Below are positions 39,880-49,575 of a DNA stretch of 64,000 nucleotides, piece by piece; the stretch's first letter is position 1; each line of letters opens with the position of its first letter. Both the position numbers and the translations under genes were made by a program. The stretch lies in NCBI GenBank assembly GCA_019244185.1, contig JAFATB010000023.1, positions 256,001-320,000 of the forward strand. Reading direction: 5' to 3'. This DNA is from Acidobacteriota bacterium (GTDB taxonomy: Bacteria; Acidobacteriota; Thermoanaerobaculia; Gp7-AA8). The notes under the pieces are model-generated. The model was not told where the DNA came from. It made no database searches and was given only the letters and a program-made list of their open reading frames with translations.

Positions 39880-42119
39880 TGCGAGTCGATGACGAGCTTG
39901 CGAAGCGCGCGCCGATGTGCCCCGCCGCCGTGCGCGAGCAACTGCAGCGCCTTCGTGAGCGTGAAGAGCTGCAGCGCCGCGTCGTCGACCGGACTCGCGT
40001 AGCCCTCGAGGAACACGGCGCGGAGGCGTGCGCGCTGGCGGCGCAGGAGCGAGACGTCGGTCTCCAGCTGGAGATGCAGCAGCAGCTGCGCGACGTCTTC
40101 CATGGCCAACCCTTCGCGGAAGCCGCCGAGGTCGACGACTTCGACGCGGCGGTCGCCGATGAAGATGTTGGCGGGGATGTAGGAGCCGTGCTGCCCGACG
40201 ATCGGCAGCGGACGCTCGGCGACGGCCGCCTCGAGTCGCTGCAGGCGCTCGACGATCGACGCGTGGTGACGGCGCAGCGTCGCGTCGCCGGCCGCGGCGA
40301 GATCGAGATCGCGCAGCGCGAGCAGTACGAGAGCGGTGAGCACGTGCCGGCCGTCGTCGGCGCCGCGCGTGCCGTCCTGCATCATGCGCAGCCATGTGCC
40401 GGCCTTGTGCAGCGCCGCGGCGAGCCGCGTCACGCGTCCGCGTCGCGCGCCCTGCAGGTAGCCGGCGAGCGACTGCCCGTCCGCGCGCGCGAGCACGATC
40501 GCGGCGTGCGGCTCGTCGAACATCAACACGCGCGGCACCGTGTAGATCGTGCCGCCCATGCTCATGTCCTCGGGCTGCAGCGTCTGGCGCAGCAGCGAGA
40601 AGTTCTCGAACTCGTGACGCGCGCGGGCGAGCGGCGTGCGCTCGTCGTCGCCGTCGCGGTGCTGCCGCACGATGACGTCCCTGCGCGTGATGCCGTCCGT
40701 GATCGCGACTTCCGCGACGAATGACTCCTGCGCCTCGTAAATGCGCCGCACGCCGATCGCGCACGCGTCGAGACGCGACCAGTTGAGGCGCGCGATGCGT
40801 TCCGCCGCGCGCCGCGGCGTGTTGACCTCACCGTGGCTGTCGAGCAGCGCGATCAGCTTCGCCGCGTTCTTCCGCACGTCGAACTCGCGGCGCACCTTGT
40901 CCTGTCCCGCGCGGCCCATGCGCGCGCGGAGGTTCGGATCGGAGATCAGCCGCTGCATCGCCGCGGCGAGACGCGACGGATGCGCGGAGTCGACGAGGAT
41001 GCCGCTCGCCTCGTGCCGTACGAGCTCGGGGATGCCGGAGATCGCGGACGCGACGACCGGCTTCCCCGCCGCCATCGCCTCCATCAGCGAGACCGGAATG
41101 CCGTCCATCTGACCGTCGACCGCGATGATGTTCGGGAAGACGAAGAGGTCCGACTCCGCCATGAGCTTCGCGACTTCGTGTTGCGGCAAGAGTCCGGTGA
41201 GCTTCACGTTGTCGGCGAGCTGGTGATCGGCGATCCACGCTTCGGTCGAACGGCGCAGCGGTCCTTCGCCGACGATCGTGCATTCGAGGTCGGTCCCGCC
41301 GCGCACGAGCCGCGCGCAGGCGTCGACGAGAAACTCGAAGCCGCGGCTCGGCAGCAGCGCGGCGACCGAGAGAATGCGCGGCCGCGTCTTGGGCGGACGC
41401 TCGACCTCTTCCGCCGCGCGCGCGTACACGTCTGGATTCACGCCCGTGTGCACGACCTCGAGCTTTCCCTCGGTCAGCGCGGGATAGAGGCCGCAGAGAA
41501 ATGCCTTGTTGAACGTCGAGATGCAGCGCACGAACGTCGCCTTCTCGATCTTCTCCGGCAGCAGCAGCCGGTGCACGAAGACGTCCGGACCGTGCACGGT
41601 GAAGCTGTACGTGATCTCGCTGAGCGAGGCGATGATGTACGCCATGGTCGTCGCGTGCGAGGCAAAGTGCGAGTGCAGGTGGCGGATGCCGCGTTTCGGC
41701 AGCACGAGCGACAGATGCACGGCCTTCGGGAAGAGCGCGAGCGTGCGGACGAGCGTCGACGGACGCAGCATCGTCGCGGCCATCAGATGCAGCAGCAGGT
41801 GCACGTAGCGGCGCGGGTCTTTGAAGAACGACCGGACGTTCGAGAGCAGGATCTCCGGCGAGAGGAGCGGCAGGTAGAGAGCGCGGCGCACCCACGGCTT
41901 CGCCTCCTCGTGCACGACGCGGCCGCGATCGCGGAGCAGCGGCACGACCAGCACCGGCTGCCCGTGGCGCTCGAGCTCGTCGATCTCGCGGAGGATGAAG
42001 GTCTCGTCGATGCGCGGGAAGCGCGTCATCAGGACGGCGATGGTGGTGCGGACGCGAGGATCCGCCGCCGGCGTTTGCGTGGCGTCCGCCGCCGCGGAAA
42101 CGTCCAGCGCGGCGGTCAT
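39876..42119 (-). CDS. GT4 (WcaL-like) glycosyltransferase fused to a C-terminal APH/kinase-like domain
   Basis: N-terminal ~420 aa paralogous to 29954-31225; C-terminal HGSYIPANI...VVDLG resembles a Brenner motif. Confidence 0.82.
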   Translation of the reverse strand: MTAALDVSAAADATQTPAADPRVRTTIAVLMTRFPRIDETFILREIDELERHGQPVLVVPLLRDRGRVVHEEAKPWVRRALYLPLLSPEILLSNVRSFFKDPRRYVHLLLHLMAATMLRPSTLVRTLALFPKAVHLSLVLPKRGIRHLHSHFASHATTMAYIIASLSEITYSFTVHGPDVFVHRLLLPEKIEKATFVRCISTFNKAFLCGLYPALTEGKLEVVHTGVNPDVYARAAEEVERPPKTRPRILSVAALLPSRGFEFLVDACARLVRGGTDLECTIVGEGPLRRSTEAWIADHQLADNVKLTGLLPQHEVAKLMAESDLFVFPNIIAVDGQMDGIPVSLMEAMAAGKPVVASAISGIPELVRHEASGILVDSAHPSRLAAAMQRLISDPNLRARMGRAGQDKVRREFDVRKNAAKLIALLDSHGEVNTPRRAAERIARLNWSRLDACAIGVRRIYEAQESFVAEVAITDGITRRDVIVRQHRDGDDERTPLARARHEFENFSLLRQTLQPEDMSMGGTIYTVPRVLMFDEPHAAIVLARADGQSLAGYLQGARRGRVTRLAAALHKAGTWLRMMQDGTRGADDGRHVLTALVLLALRDLDLAAAGDATLRRHHASIVERLQRLEAAVAERPLPIVGQHGSYIPANIFIGDRRVEVVDLGGFREGLAMEDVAQLLLHLQLETDVSLLRRQRARLRAVFLEGYASPVDDAALQLFTLTKALQLLAHGGGAHRRALRKLVIDSQ

Positions 42120-42144
42120 GACCGTCGCGGCGCGGGCGTCTCCG

Positions 42145-42885
42145 TCATGCCGCGCCTTTCCCCGTCAGGACGACGTCGACCGTCTGCAGCAGGATGTGGA
42201 AGTCGAGGGCCAGGCTCCAACGGTCAACGTATTGACGATCGAGCTGCAGGCCGCGATAGCCGACGCACTCGCTGCGTCCGCTGACCTGCCAGAGGCCGGT
42301 GATGCCCGGAGGCGTGGCGAAGCGGCGCACGGTGCTGCGCTGCGGCAGGTTCTCGAGGTCGCATTCGCGCAGCGGACGCGGGCCGACCAGGCTCATCGTC
42401 CCCTCGAGCACGTTGAAGAGCTGCGGCAGCTCGTCGAGGCTGTACTTGCGCAGGATGCGGCCGACGCTCGTGACGCGCGGGTCGTTCTTCGGCTTCACGA
42501 ACGCGGCGTCGGCGGTCTCGACCTTGTCCGCGCCGACGACCATCGTGCGGAACTTGTAGATGTCAAATAGATTGCAGCGGAAGCCGATGCGCCGCTGCCG
42601 GAAGATGATCGGTCCCGGGCTGGTCAGCTTGATCGCCGCCATGATCGCGAGGAACAGTGGCGCGGCGAAGGTGATGGCGGTGAGCGAAACGAGGATGTCG
42701 ATCAGGCGCTTCACGCGCGCGCCGATCGGATGCCGCGTCACGAGGTCGTAGTAGTAGGCGCCGGAGCCGGTGTCGTCGAAGAAGAGGATGCCTTTCGCGC
42801 GCTTGACAGACTGGTGCTTGCGGCGCGAACGGCCGGAGAGAAGGGCACGGTACTGAGAGATTTCGTAATCGAAGTGATAGGCCAT
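42145..42885 (-). CDS. Priming polyprenyl-phosphate sugar phosphotransferase (WcaJ/CpsE-type)
   Basis: [50 protein letters not shown]. Confidence 0.93.
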   Translation of the reverse strand: MAYHFDYEISQYRALLSGRSRRKHQSVKRAKGILFFDDTGSGAYYYDLVTRHPIGARVKRLIDILVSLTAITFAAPLFLAIMAAIKLTSPGPIIFRQRRIGFRCNLFDIYKFRTMVVGADKVETADAAFVKPKNDPRVTSVGRILRKYSLDELPQLFNVLEGTMSLVGPRPLRECDLENLPQRSTVRRFATPPGITGLWQVSGRSECVGYRGLQLDRQYVDRWSLALDFHILLQTVDVVLTGKGAA

Positions 42886-42930
42886 GGGGCGTTTTAGTTT
42901 TTCCGTCAGAAGCTACCGACTTGCAATCGC

Positions 42931-42946
42931 TGCAAAACGACCGCCA
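42931..42946 (-). promoter_or_regulatory. Sigma54 box upstream of the priming transferase
   Basis: TGGCGGTCGTTTTGCA. Confidence 0.68.
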
Positions 42947-42971
42947 GTGCTGACGCCGGTGGTGACGCGCG

Positions 42972-43706
42972 TCACACGCGCTGTGCAACAAAGACGGCGT
43001 CGGGGCAGAACGGCACGAGCGGCGGGAACTTCGAGACCGGCTCGAGCACGCGCACGAGCGGCGAGCGGAACACTTCCGGCCGGTCGAGCTTGTAGCGCAC
43101 CAGCCAGAAGCCGATGCCGTACGACGCCACGATCTTGAAGCCCGCCTCGCGCAGCAGCCGCCGCAGCTTCGTCCACGTCAGATCGACGCGCTCGCCTTTG
43201 CCGCTCATGCGCAGCAGCGTGTTGTGGATCGACCACGGGTTGAGGTGGTTGTTGAAGACGAAGTAGCCGCCGGGAACGAGGAGGTCGTGGATCGCTTTGA
43301 GCGCGCCGCGCCGCAGCTCGTCCTGCGCGTCGCCGAGGAATCGGAACGAGGTCACGAGGTTCACCGGCGCGATGCCGGCGGAATCGCGCGTGAGGTCGCG
43401 GACGATGAACGTCGTGCGCGGGCACTTCAGCCGCGCCTGCTCGACCATGTTCGCGGAGACGTCGACGCCGTACGACTCGGCCGCATGCGCCGACACGCGC
43501 TGCGTGATGCGGCCCGTGCCGCACGCGAAGTCGAGATAGCGCGGAATGCCGCCGGGAAAGAACTTCGCGGCGATGCGCTCGAGGATCTCTCCCTCGCGCT
43601 CGGTCATGTACGTGTTGAAGTCACCGCGCGAGAGGTCGCGGTCGTAGTCCGCACCCTTGTGCAGATGCGACTGCCGGTAATCGGTCGCCACCGGATCAGA
43701 ACCCAT
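42972..43706 (-). CDS. Class I SAM-dependent methyltransferase
   Basis: YLDFACGTGR, GVDVS..M, L.PGG motifs. Confidence 0.88.
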   Translation of the reverse strand: MGSDPVATDYRQSHLHKGADYDRDLSRGDFNTYMTEREGEILERIAAKFFPGGIPRYLDFACGTGRITQRVSAHAAESYGVDVSANMVEQARLKCPRTTFIVRDLTRDSAGIAPVNLVTSFRFLGDAQDELRRGALKAIHDLLVPGGYFVFNNHLNPWSIHNTLLRMSGKGERVDLTWTKLRRLLREAGFKIVASYGIGFWLVRYKLDRPEVFRSPLVRVLEPVSKFPPLVPFCPDAVFVAQRV

Positions 43707-44619
43707 AAGCCACGGTGGCGATGGCGACGTCGTAGTTGAAATCGCGTCCCGGCAGCGACGAGGTCACGTCTTCGCGCGTGTAGTAGAGGATGCCGCGCAG
43801 GTGATCGGCGAAGCGATACACCGCGACCGCGCTCCACTGCGGACGCGTGTCGCTGCGGCCGAAGTTGCTGTCGAACGGCAGGTCAGTCTGGTAGTCGCGC
43901 GTGCCGTGTCCGTACCGCGCGCTCACATACAGCCGGTTCTGCGGCACGTACTGCGGGATCCACGCGATCGACGCGTACCAACGGTCGTCATCGTAGCGCT
44001 CGTCCGTCGCGTCGGTCGTGAGATGCGCTTTCTGATAGCCGACTTCCGGAACGATGCGCCAGCCCCAGCCGCGATAGCGGATGCCGGCGCTGAAGAGCGT
44101 GTAGTCGTTGTCGAGGTTCGTCTGGAAATTGAAGCGCTGGCGCTCGGTCGACGCCGCGAGCGCGACCTGCCAGCTCGGGACGAAGCGATACGCGTACTCG
44201 CCGGCGAACGAGGTCACGCTGGCTTGGCCGACGGTGTTGCCGACGTTGTACGACGCGCGGTTGCTGGCGTGATCCGCGTAGACGTTGTACTCGTGGATCT
44301 CGCCCTCGTGAAAGAGGCCGATGCGCTCGCTGACGCTGGCCTTGCGTCCGCGCTGGTCGTAGTTGAGGTATCCGAGGTGTCCGTAAACCTCGGGGACGAA
44401 ATTGTTCGGATGCCACGCGACGCGGTACTCCGCGCCGATGGCGTTGACGTTCTGCCGCTGGCTCTCGATCGTCGCCCAGTTGAAGTTGTGGAAGACCCAG
44501 TCGGAGACGCGGACTTCCTGGCGGAACGACCCCGGGTCGCTCTTGCCGAACGGCTGAGCCGCGAGCGGCAACGCGAAGGCGAGGAGCAGCAACGCGAGAC
44601 GAATGGGCTTGAGTCTCAT
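43696..44619 (-). CDS. Outer-membrane beta-barrel protein (putative EPS export porin)
   Basis: Signal peptide, alternating amphipathic Tyr/Trp-rich strands, terminal ...AYGF; lies in the EPS locus. Confidence 0.7.
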   Translation of the reverse strand: MRLKPIRLALLLLAFALPLAAQPFGKSDPGSFRQEVRVSDWVFHNFNWATIESQRQNVNAIGAEYRVAWHPNNFVPEVYGHLGYLNYDQRGRKASVSERIGLFHEGEIHEYNVYADHASNRASYNVGNTVGQASVTSFAGEYAYRFVPSWQVALAASTERQRFNFQTNLDNDYTLFSAGIRYRGWGWRIVPEVGYQKAHLTTDATDERYDDDRWYASIAWIPQYVPQNRLYVSARYGHGTRDYQTDLPFDSNFGRSDTRPQWSAVAVYRFADHLRGILYYTREDVTSSLPGRDFNYDVAIATVAYGF

Positions 44620-44633
44620 CGGATCGCGTCCTC

Positions 44634-44649
44634 AGCAAAAGCGGGACCA
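44634..44649 (-). promoter_or_regulatory. Sigma54 box upstream of the beta-barrel gene
   Basis: TGGTCCCGCTTTTGCT. Confidence 0.6.
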
Positions 44650-44659
44650 GCGCCGTCTG

Positions 44660-45709
44660 CTACGAAAATACCGAGCTCGTCGCGCTCTCGAACCGCGCCA
44701 GAAAGCGCGGCCACGGCAACGCGCGCACGCCGGCCAGCGCCTCGCCGTCCGCCGTCATCGTGCCGCGCGTAGCGAGGAACTCGCGAAACGCCACGGCGAG
44801 CTGCGAGGCCGGCATCCGCGTGCGCGCCGCGTACGTTTCAAAGTACGCCCGCACCGCGCGCGAGACGTGGTTGCGCTCGAGGAACGTCCGTGCGAACGCG
44901 ACCTCCGGGTCGGCCATGCGATAAGCGCTCCACGGATAGTTCACGCCGTACGTCAGCGGATAGTGGAAGAGATCGACCGCGCAGGGCGCCGATGGCGCGA
45001 AGTGCTCCCAGTCGACGACGGCCACGCAGTCGTCGCTGCGCAGGACGTTGTGCGCCCAGTAATCTCCGTGCCGCGCCGCGACGTGCTCGCGCTGCCGCGT
45101 CGCCTCGTGAAACGCTGCAAGCCAGCGCGCCGCCGCGCGAAAGTGCGCATCGATATAGCGCGACGGCGCGAGGGCCGACTGCATGTCCGCGTACGCGGAA
45201 CGCCCGCGCACCGCGCTGCTGACGAGCACCTCGCCGCGCGGCGCGGTGACGTAGTGCAGCACCGACGGCACGGTCGCGCGCAGCGGCGGCGGCAGCATCG
45301 CGTGAAGCCGGCGCAGCGCGTCGGCTTCCGCGTCGAGCGAGCCGTTCACCGCATCGTTCTGCGCTTTCGCGACCGCGAACGGCGCCGCGCTGTCGCCTTC
45401 GAACAAAAACGCGAGCAGTCGCCGCCGCCCGCTCTGGTCGACGTCGTCCAGCACGATCCAGCGCAGGCCGTCCATCGACGAGCCGCGCACGACCTCCGCG
45501 CGTACGACGTCCAGCAGCAGCGCCGTCAGCGAGTCGTTGAGATCGACGTCCGGCGGCCGCACCGCGATGCCGAGGCACGCGCGCAGCAAGCGCTCGCGCC
45601 GGCTCTTCGGCACGTTGACCGTTCGCTGAAAATAGAGAAGCGCCGCGCCAGACCTCGGCAGCGGCGCAAGCGGTTCAGCCGGTGCAAAGTCGACGCGCGC
45701 CACCGTCAC
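44660..45709 (-). CDS. APH/choline-kinase-like phosphotransferase
   Basis: VAK, HGDYWAHN, VDWE motifs; GTGA-coupled to the flippase. Confidence 0.78.
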   Translation of the reverse strand: MTVARVDFAPAEPLAPLPRSGAALLYFQRTVNVPKSRRERLLRACLGIAVRPPDVDLNDSLTALLLDVVRAEVVRGSSMDGLRWIVLDDVDQSGRRRLLAFLFEGDSAAPFAVAKAQNDAVNGSLDAEADALRRLHAMLPPPLRATVPSVLHYVTAPRGEVLVSSAVRGRSAYADMQSALAPSRYIDAHFRAAARWLAAFHEATRQREHVAARHGDYWAHNVLRSDDCVAVVDWEHFAPSAPCAVDLFHYPLTYGVNYPWSAYRMADPEVAFARTFLERNHVSRAVRAYFETYAARTRMPASQLAVAFREFLATRGTMTADGEALAGVRALPWPRFLARFESATSSVFS

Positions 45710-47160
45710 GTCGCGACCTCGGCGCTCCCGCGCGGGAAGAAGTGATGCCGCGCCGCGCGCACCAGTTCCGGATCGAGGAGCGCCACGACGATCGCGTGCA
45801 CGAGCGCGCCGATCATCACGCCGCCGGCCACCTGCACCGTCAGCGCGAGCGAGTCGCTCGCGCGCATCCAGAAGATCAGCGGCGCGATCATCGCCGTGCC
45901 GCCGGCGATGCCCGGCATGAACGCGTACGCCATGTCGCGCGTGCTGACGCCGATGACCGGCGCGGTGATGGCGAGGTTGACGATCGTCGTCAGCGCCGTC
46001 GCCACGACCATCCCGGCCGCGATCGCCACCGCGCCCCACCGTGCGCCGGCGATGCACGCGATGACGACGAGCACCGCCTTCAGCATCGTGAAGTTCGCGA
46101 GCAGCCGCGCGTGTCCCGTCGCCTTGAGCACGTCACCCGCCTGCGCCGTGAGACAGCGCAGCGCCGCGGCGATGGCGAGCATGCTGAGGATCGGCGCGGA
46201 GGCGATCCACTGCGGACCGAAGAACGCGACGACGATCGGACGCGAGAGCACCGCCAGCCCGATCGCCGCGGGAATCGTGATCGCGGAGATGTAGCGCGTA
46301 GTCATGAGGAACGGCCGGCGCATCGACTCGCCCGCGGCATGCAGCTTCGCAAAGGCCGGGAAGAGCACGCGCGCGAGAACCCAGAGCAACGTCATGACCG
46401 TCGTCTCCGGGATCTTGCTCGCCATCTGATAGAGGCCGAGGACGGTCGTGCCGAGGACGTGGCCGACGACGACGAGATCGGTATTGTTCGTGATCGCGGC
46501 GACGCCGTTGATCATCAGGATGCTGCGGCCGTACGCGAGCATCGGCCGCACGAGATCCCACGGCACGCGCAGCGACGGACGCCACGGCACCGCCGCCCAC
46601 AGCAGCAGCGTGCGGCAGACCGTGCCGGCCAGGCGGCCCCACACGAGACTCCACGCGCCGAAGCCGAACCACGCCAGCGCGAGCGCCACCGCGGCGTTCG
46701 CGAGCGCGAGGCTGAACTCGGGGATCACGTGCACGTGGAAGCGGAGGTCCTTCTGCGCGAGCGCGTCGTGCGTGTTCGCGAGGTAGCGGATGATGAACGT
46801 GAACGAGAGCGCGCGTACGATCGGCGCGCCGTTCGCGGCGTGGAAGAAGTCGGCGATGAACGGCGCGAGCAGCAGCGTGATGCCGCACCAGAAGATGCCG
46901 GAGGCGATGCTGACGAGGAACGTGACCTGCGCGGCGTCTTCGCGGCGGTCCGGCCAGTAGACGAGCGCCATGCCCGCGCCGAGGTCGCCGATCGTGTCGG
47001 CGTACGTCATGTAGGCGAGCGCGAACGCGAGCAGGCCGAACTCGCGCGGCGCGAGCAGTCGCGCCAGCAGCGCGAGGCCGACCAGCGTGATGACTTTCGC
47101 GCCCGCGGTCGCGACGAACGCCCATCCCGCCGCACGCGCGGCCGAGCGTCCGACGGTCAT
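45706..47160 (-). CDS. wzx: Wzx flippase (PST family)
   Basis: LARLL.P.EFG, G.GAWSL, D..VVG..LG...LGLY, LFP; about 12 TM helices. Confidence 0.88.
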   Translation of the reverse strand: MTVGRSAARAAGWAFVATAGAKVITLVGLALLARLLAPREFGLLAFALAYMTYADTIGDLGAGMALVYWPDRREDAAQVTFLVSIASGIFWCGITLLLAPFIADFFHAANGAPIVRALSFTFIIRYLANTHDALAQKDLRFHVHVIPEFSLALANAAVALALAWFGFGAWSLVWGRLAGTVCRTLLLWAAVPWRPSLRVPWDLVRPMLAYGRSILMINGVAAITNNTDLVVVGHVLGTTVLGLYQMASKIPETTVMTLLWVLARVLFPAFAKLHAAGESMRRPFLMTTRYISAITIPAAIGLAVLSRPIVVAFFGPQWIASAPILSMLAIAAALRCLTAQAGDVLKATGHARLLANFTMLKAVLVVIACIAGARWGAVAIAAGMVVATALTTIVNLAITAPVIGVSTRDMAYAFMPGIAGGTAMIAPLIFWMRASDSLALTVQVAGGVMIGALVHAIVVALLDPELVRAARHHFFPRGSAEVAT

Positions 47161-47190
47161 CCCTCGCTCCGGAGCATCGTGCACGCCCTG

Positions 47191-47206
47191 AGCGAAAAAC
47201 AGGCCA
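47191..47206 (-). promoter_or_regulatory. Sigma54-like box upstream of wzx
   Basis: TGGCCTGTTTTTCGCT. Confidence 0.55.
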
Positions 47207-48877
47207 TCACGCTTCGACGGTGCGCTCGCGCGTGAGCCGCGCGATCCCGGCGATGAATCCGAGGTACAGGCCGGGATAGCGCAAGTGCGTTTCGTGCAGC
47301 ACGAGACTGGCGGCGAGGTAGCCGCAGATGGCGATGCCGAGCCCCATCGCGAGGATGGCGTGCTCGGCTTCTCCGCGCGCGAGGAGCATGTTGCGCGAGC
47401 GCCAGAGCACGACGAACGCGGCGAGCAGCGTCGCGCCGAACGTGGCCAGGCCGAAGAGCCCGCTCTCGGAGGCGATCTGCGTCGCGAGCGAATGCGGATC
47501 GCCGGAACTGCCGGCGTCGGAGTAGTCGTACAGCGCGGAGCCGACGATGTTCGCGTACTCGTAGTAGTGGCGCGTGAACTGTCCCGCGCCGACGCCGAAC
47601 AGCGGATGCTCGGCGAACATCTCGATGCCGGAACGCACGAAGAGCTTGCGCAGTTCGACCGAGCCGTCGACGGGCGCGGTGCTTTCCGCGCCGGGCAGCA
47701 GCGTCTTGAGCGTGCCGAGCCGCTGCTCGATGAGCTCCGCGGGAAGGAAGAGCAGCACGATCGCGAATCCCGCGGCGCCGAGGGCGACCGTCTTGATGCG
47801 CACTTTCGCGGCGAAGAGCATCAGCACCGCCATGCCCGCCATGGCCAGCATCGCGCCGCGCGAGTACGTGACGAGCGTCCCCGCGGTGGCCATCGCCGCG
47901 GCGGCGAAGTACGCGAGCCGGTTGCGCGTGCGGCGCTGCGCGAGGCCGAGGGCGACGGCGAGCGGAATGGCGACGAGAAGAATGCGCGCGTAGAAATTCG
48001 GATCGTCGACGGGGGGTCCCGACGCGCGCGGCAGATCGACTTCGCCGTAGATGTTGCCGGTCTGCAGATCGACCATGCCGCCGAGAAAATCGGTCATGCG
48101 TCCGGTGAGCACCTGCACGACCGAGATGGCGGAGAAGACCGCCGCCGCGCCGACGAGCGCGGTCATCGCCGTCCGCAGCGCGTGCCACGACGCGGCCAGA
48201 CTGCCGGCGAGGATGCAAATCATCACCGCCTTGATCGCCTCGCCGACGCGCTTGTCGGCGAGCTGCTGATCGGTTGCCCAGATGGTCGTCGAAAAGAGCA
48301 CGTACGCGTACGAGGCGAGCAGCAGCGGTACCGCCTGCATGACGATCGTGCCGGGACGGAAGCTCGCGCGATGTTTCCAGACGACGATCGCGAGCATGGC
48401 GATGATCGGCTGCAGCAGCGACGGCACGGGATACCGCAGCATGATCGTGTTCGAGATGTCGGTGTAGACGACGAGCACGAGGAACGGCAGCCCGAGCGTG
48501 AACGGCAGCGACGGCGCGGTGGCGGGCGCGCGCGCCTCGAACTCCGGCGGCGCGGGCGGCAGCGCGAGACGCGGCGGGACGCGGCGCGCGGCGCGCACGA
48601 ACGCGGAGCCGGTCGCGCCGACCGCGGCGAACGCGGTGAGGAGCGTCGCGTCGACGGTGTTGCCGAAGCAGATCGCGAGCGCGGCAACGGAGTACGCCGT
48701 CGCGAGCAGCCCCGATTCTTCCTGCGCGAGCCACGCGGAGATCGCGACGGCGCCGAGGTACGCGCCGAAGATCGCCACGGGCGACGACGGCGCGAGGTAC
48801 GCGATGCCGGTGGCGATGACGACGAGATCGAGCGCGACCGCGTGACGGATCAGCGTGCGGCGCGTGGCGGGAGTCAT
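47207..48877 (-). CDS. O-antigen ligase/Wzy-family polymerase
   Basis: R..G...DPN, TYSRGA, R......F...P.FGVG.G, PHS....ESG..G; extra N-terminal TM segment. Confidence 0.85.
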   Translation of the reverse strand: MTPATRRTLIRHAVALDLVVIATGIAYLAPSSPVAIFGAYLGAVAISAWLAQEESGLLATAYSVAALAICFGNTVDATLLTAFAAVGATGSAFVRAARRVPPRLALPPAPPEFEARAPATAPSLPFTLGLPFLVLVVYTDISNTIMLRYPVPSLLQPIIAMLAIVVWKHRASFRPGTIVMQAVPLLLASYAYVLFSTTIWATDQQLADKRVGEAIKAVMICILAGSLAASWHALRTAMTALVGAAAVFSAISVVQVLTGRMTDFLGGMVDLQTGNIYGEVDLPRASGPPVDDPNFYARILLVAIPLAVALGLAQRRTRNRLAYFAAAAMATAGTLVTYSRGAMLAMAGMAVLMLFAAKVRIKTVALGAAGFAIVLLFLPAELIEQRLGTLKTLLPGAESTAPVDGSVELRKLFVRSGIEMFAEHPLFGVGAGQFTRHYYEYANIVGSALYDYSDAGSSGDPHSLATQIASESGLFGLATFGATLLAAFVVLWRSRNMLLARGEAEHAILAMGLGIAICGYLAASLVLHETHLRYPGLYLGFIAGIARLTRERTVEA

Positions 48878-49536
48878 GATGCCGCGCGGTGGCGGCGGTC
48901 GAGGAAGTACGCGGTGGCCATCGCCAGCACCGCGCCGAGGACGAAGCCGGCGATCAGCGCGCGTCCGGTCCGCGGCAGCTCGGCCGCGTCGGGTGCGAGC
49001 GCGGGAGAGAGCAGCGTGACGGTGTAGATCTCGTACATCGCGTGCGTCTGCTCGCTGACGGCGGCGGGGATCGCATTCGCGACGGCGCTGATGCGGCGCG
49101 GGTCGGTGCCTTCCACGGTGATGCGGAAGAGGTTCGTGGTCGGCACGACGACGGCGTCGACGTGGTCTTTCGGATCGGCGTGCACCTGCCGCAGCGTCAG
49201 CGGCGTCGAGACGAGCGCGGCGACCGTGGCGACGACGACGCGGCGTTCGAGCGTGTCGACGCCGTGCAGCACGTCGCCGATCTGCATCTGCTTGACGCGC
49301 GGCGCGACCGCGCCGATGGCGACCGCGCGATACTGCTTCGGCTGCATCGCCGCGGCGAGATACGCGAGCAGCGCGACCGCGAGCGTGATCAGCGCGACCA
49401 CCGGCCAGTGACGCCGCGCCGCGCGCAGCATGTCGTCCGCGACGTTGCGGAACAGCGGACGCGGCCCGTCGCCAATCCGCAACTGGCGCAGTGCCTCGGC
49501 GTCATTTCGTGAATCGGCGTAGCTGGGTGTGTCCAC
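48874..49536 (-). CDS. Short Wzz/CpsC-like polysaccharide co-polymerase
   Basis: Two TMs flanking a short periplasmic segment; P.QY.A motif; Pro-rich segment before the C-terminal TM. Confidence 0.7.
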   Translation of the reverse strand: MDTPSYADSRNDAEALRQLRIGDGPRPLFRNVADDMLRAARRHWPVVALITLAVALLAYLAAAMQPKQYRAVAIGAVAPRVKQMQIGDVLHGVDTLERRVVVATVAALVSTPLTLRQVHADPKDHVDAVVVPTTNLFRITVEGTDPRRISAVANAIPAAVSEQTHAMYEIYTVTLLSPALAPDAAELPRTGRALIAGFVLGAVLAMATAYFLDRRHRAAS

Positions 49537-49553
49537 GGCTGAGCCCCGCGCCG

Positions 49554-49569
49554 TGCAAGGGAAACGCCA
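49554..49569 (-). promoter_or_regulatory. Sigma54 box upstream of the co-polymerase
   Basis: TGGCGTTTCCCTTGCA. Confidence 0.68.
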
Positions 49570-49575
49570 GCGAAG

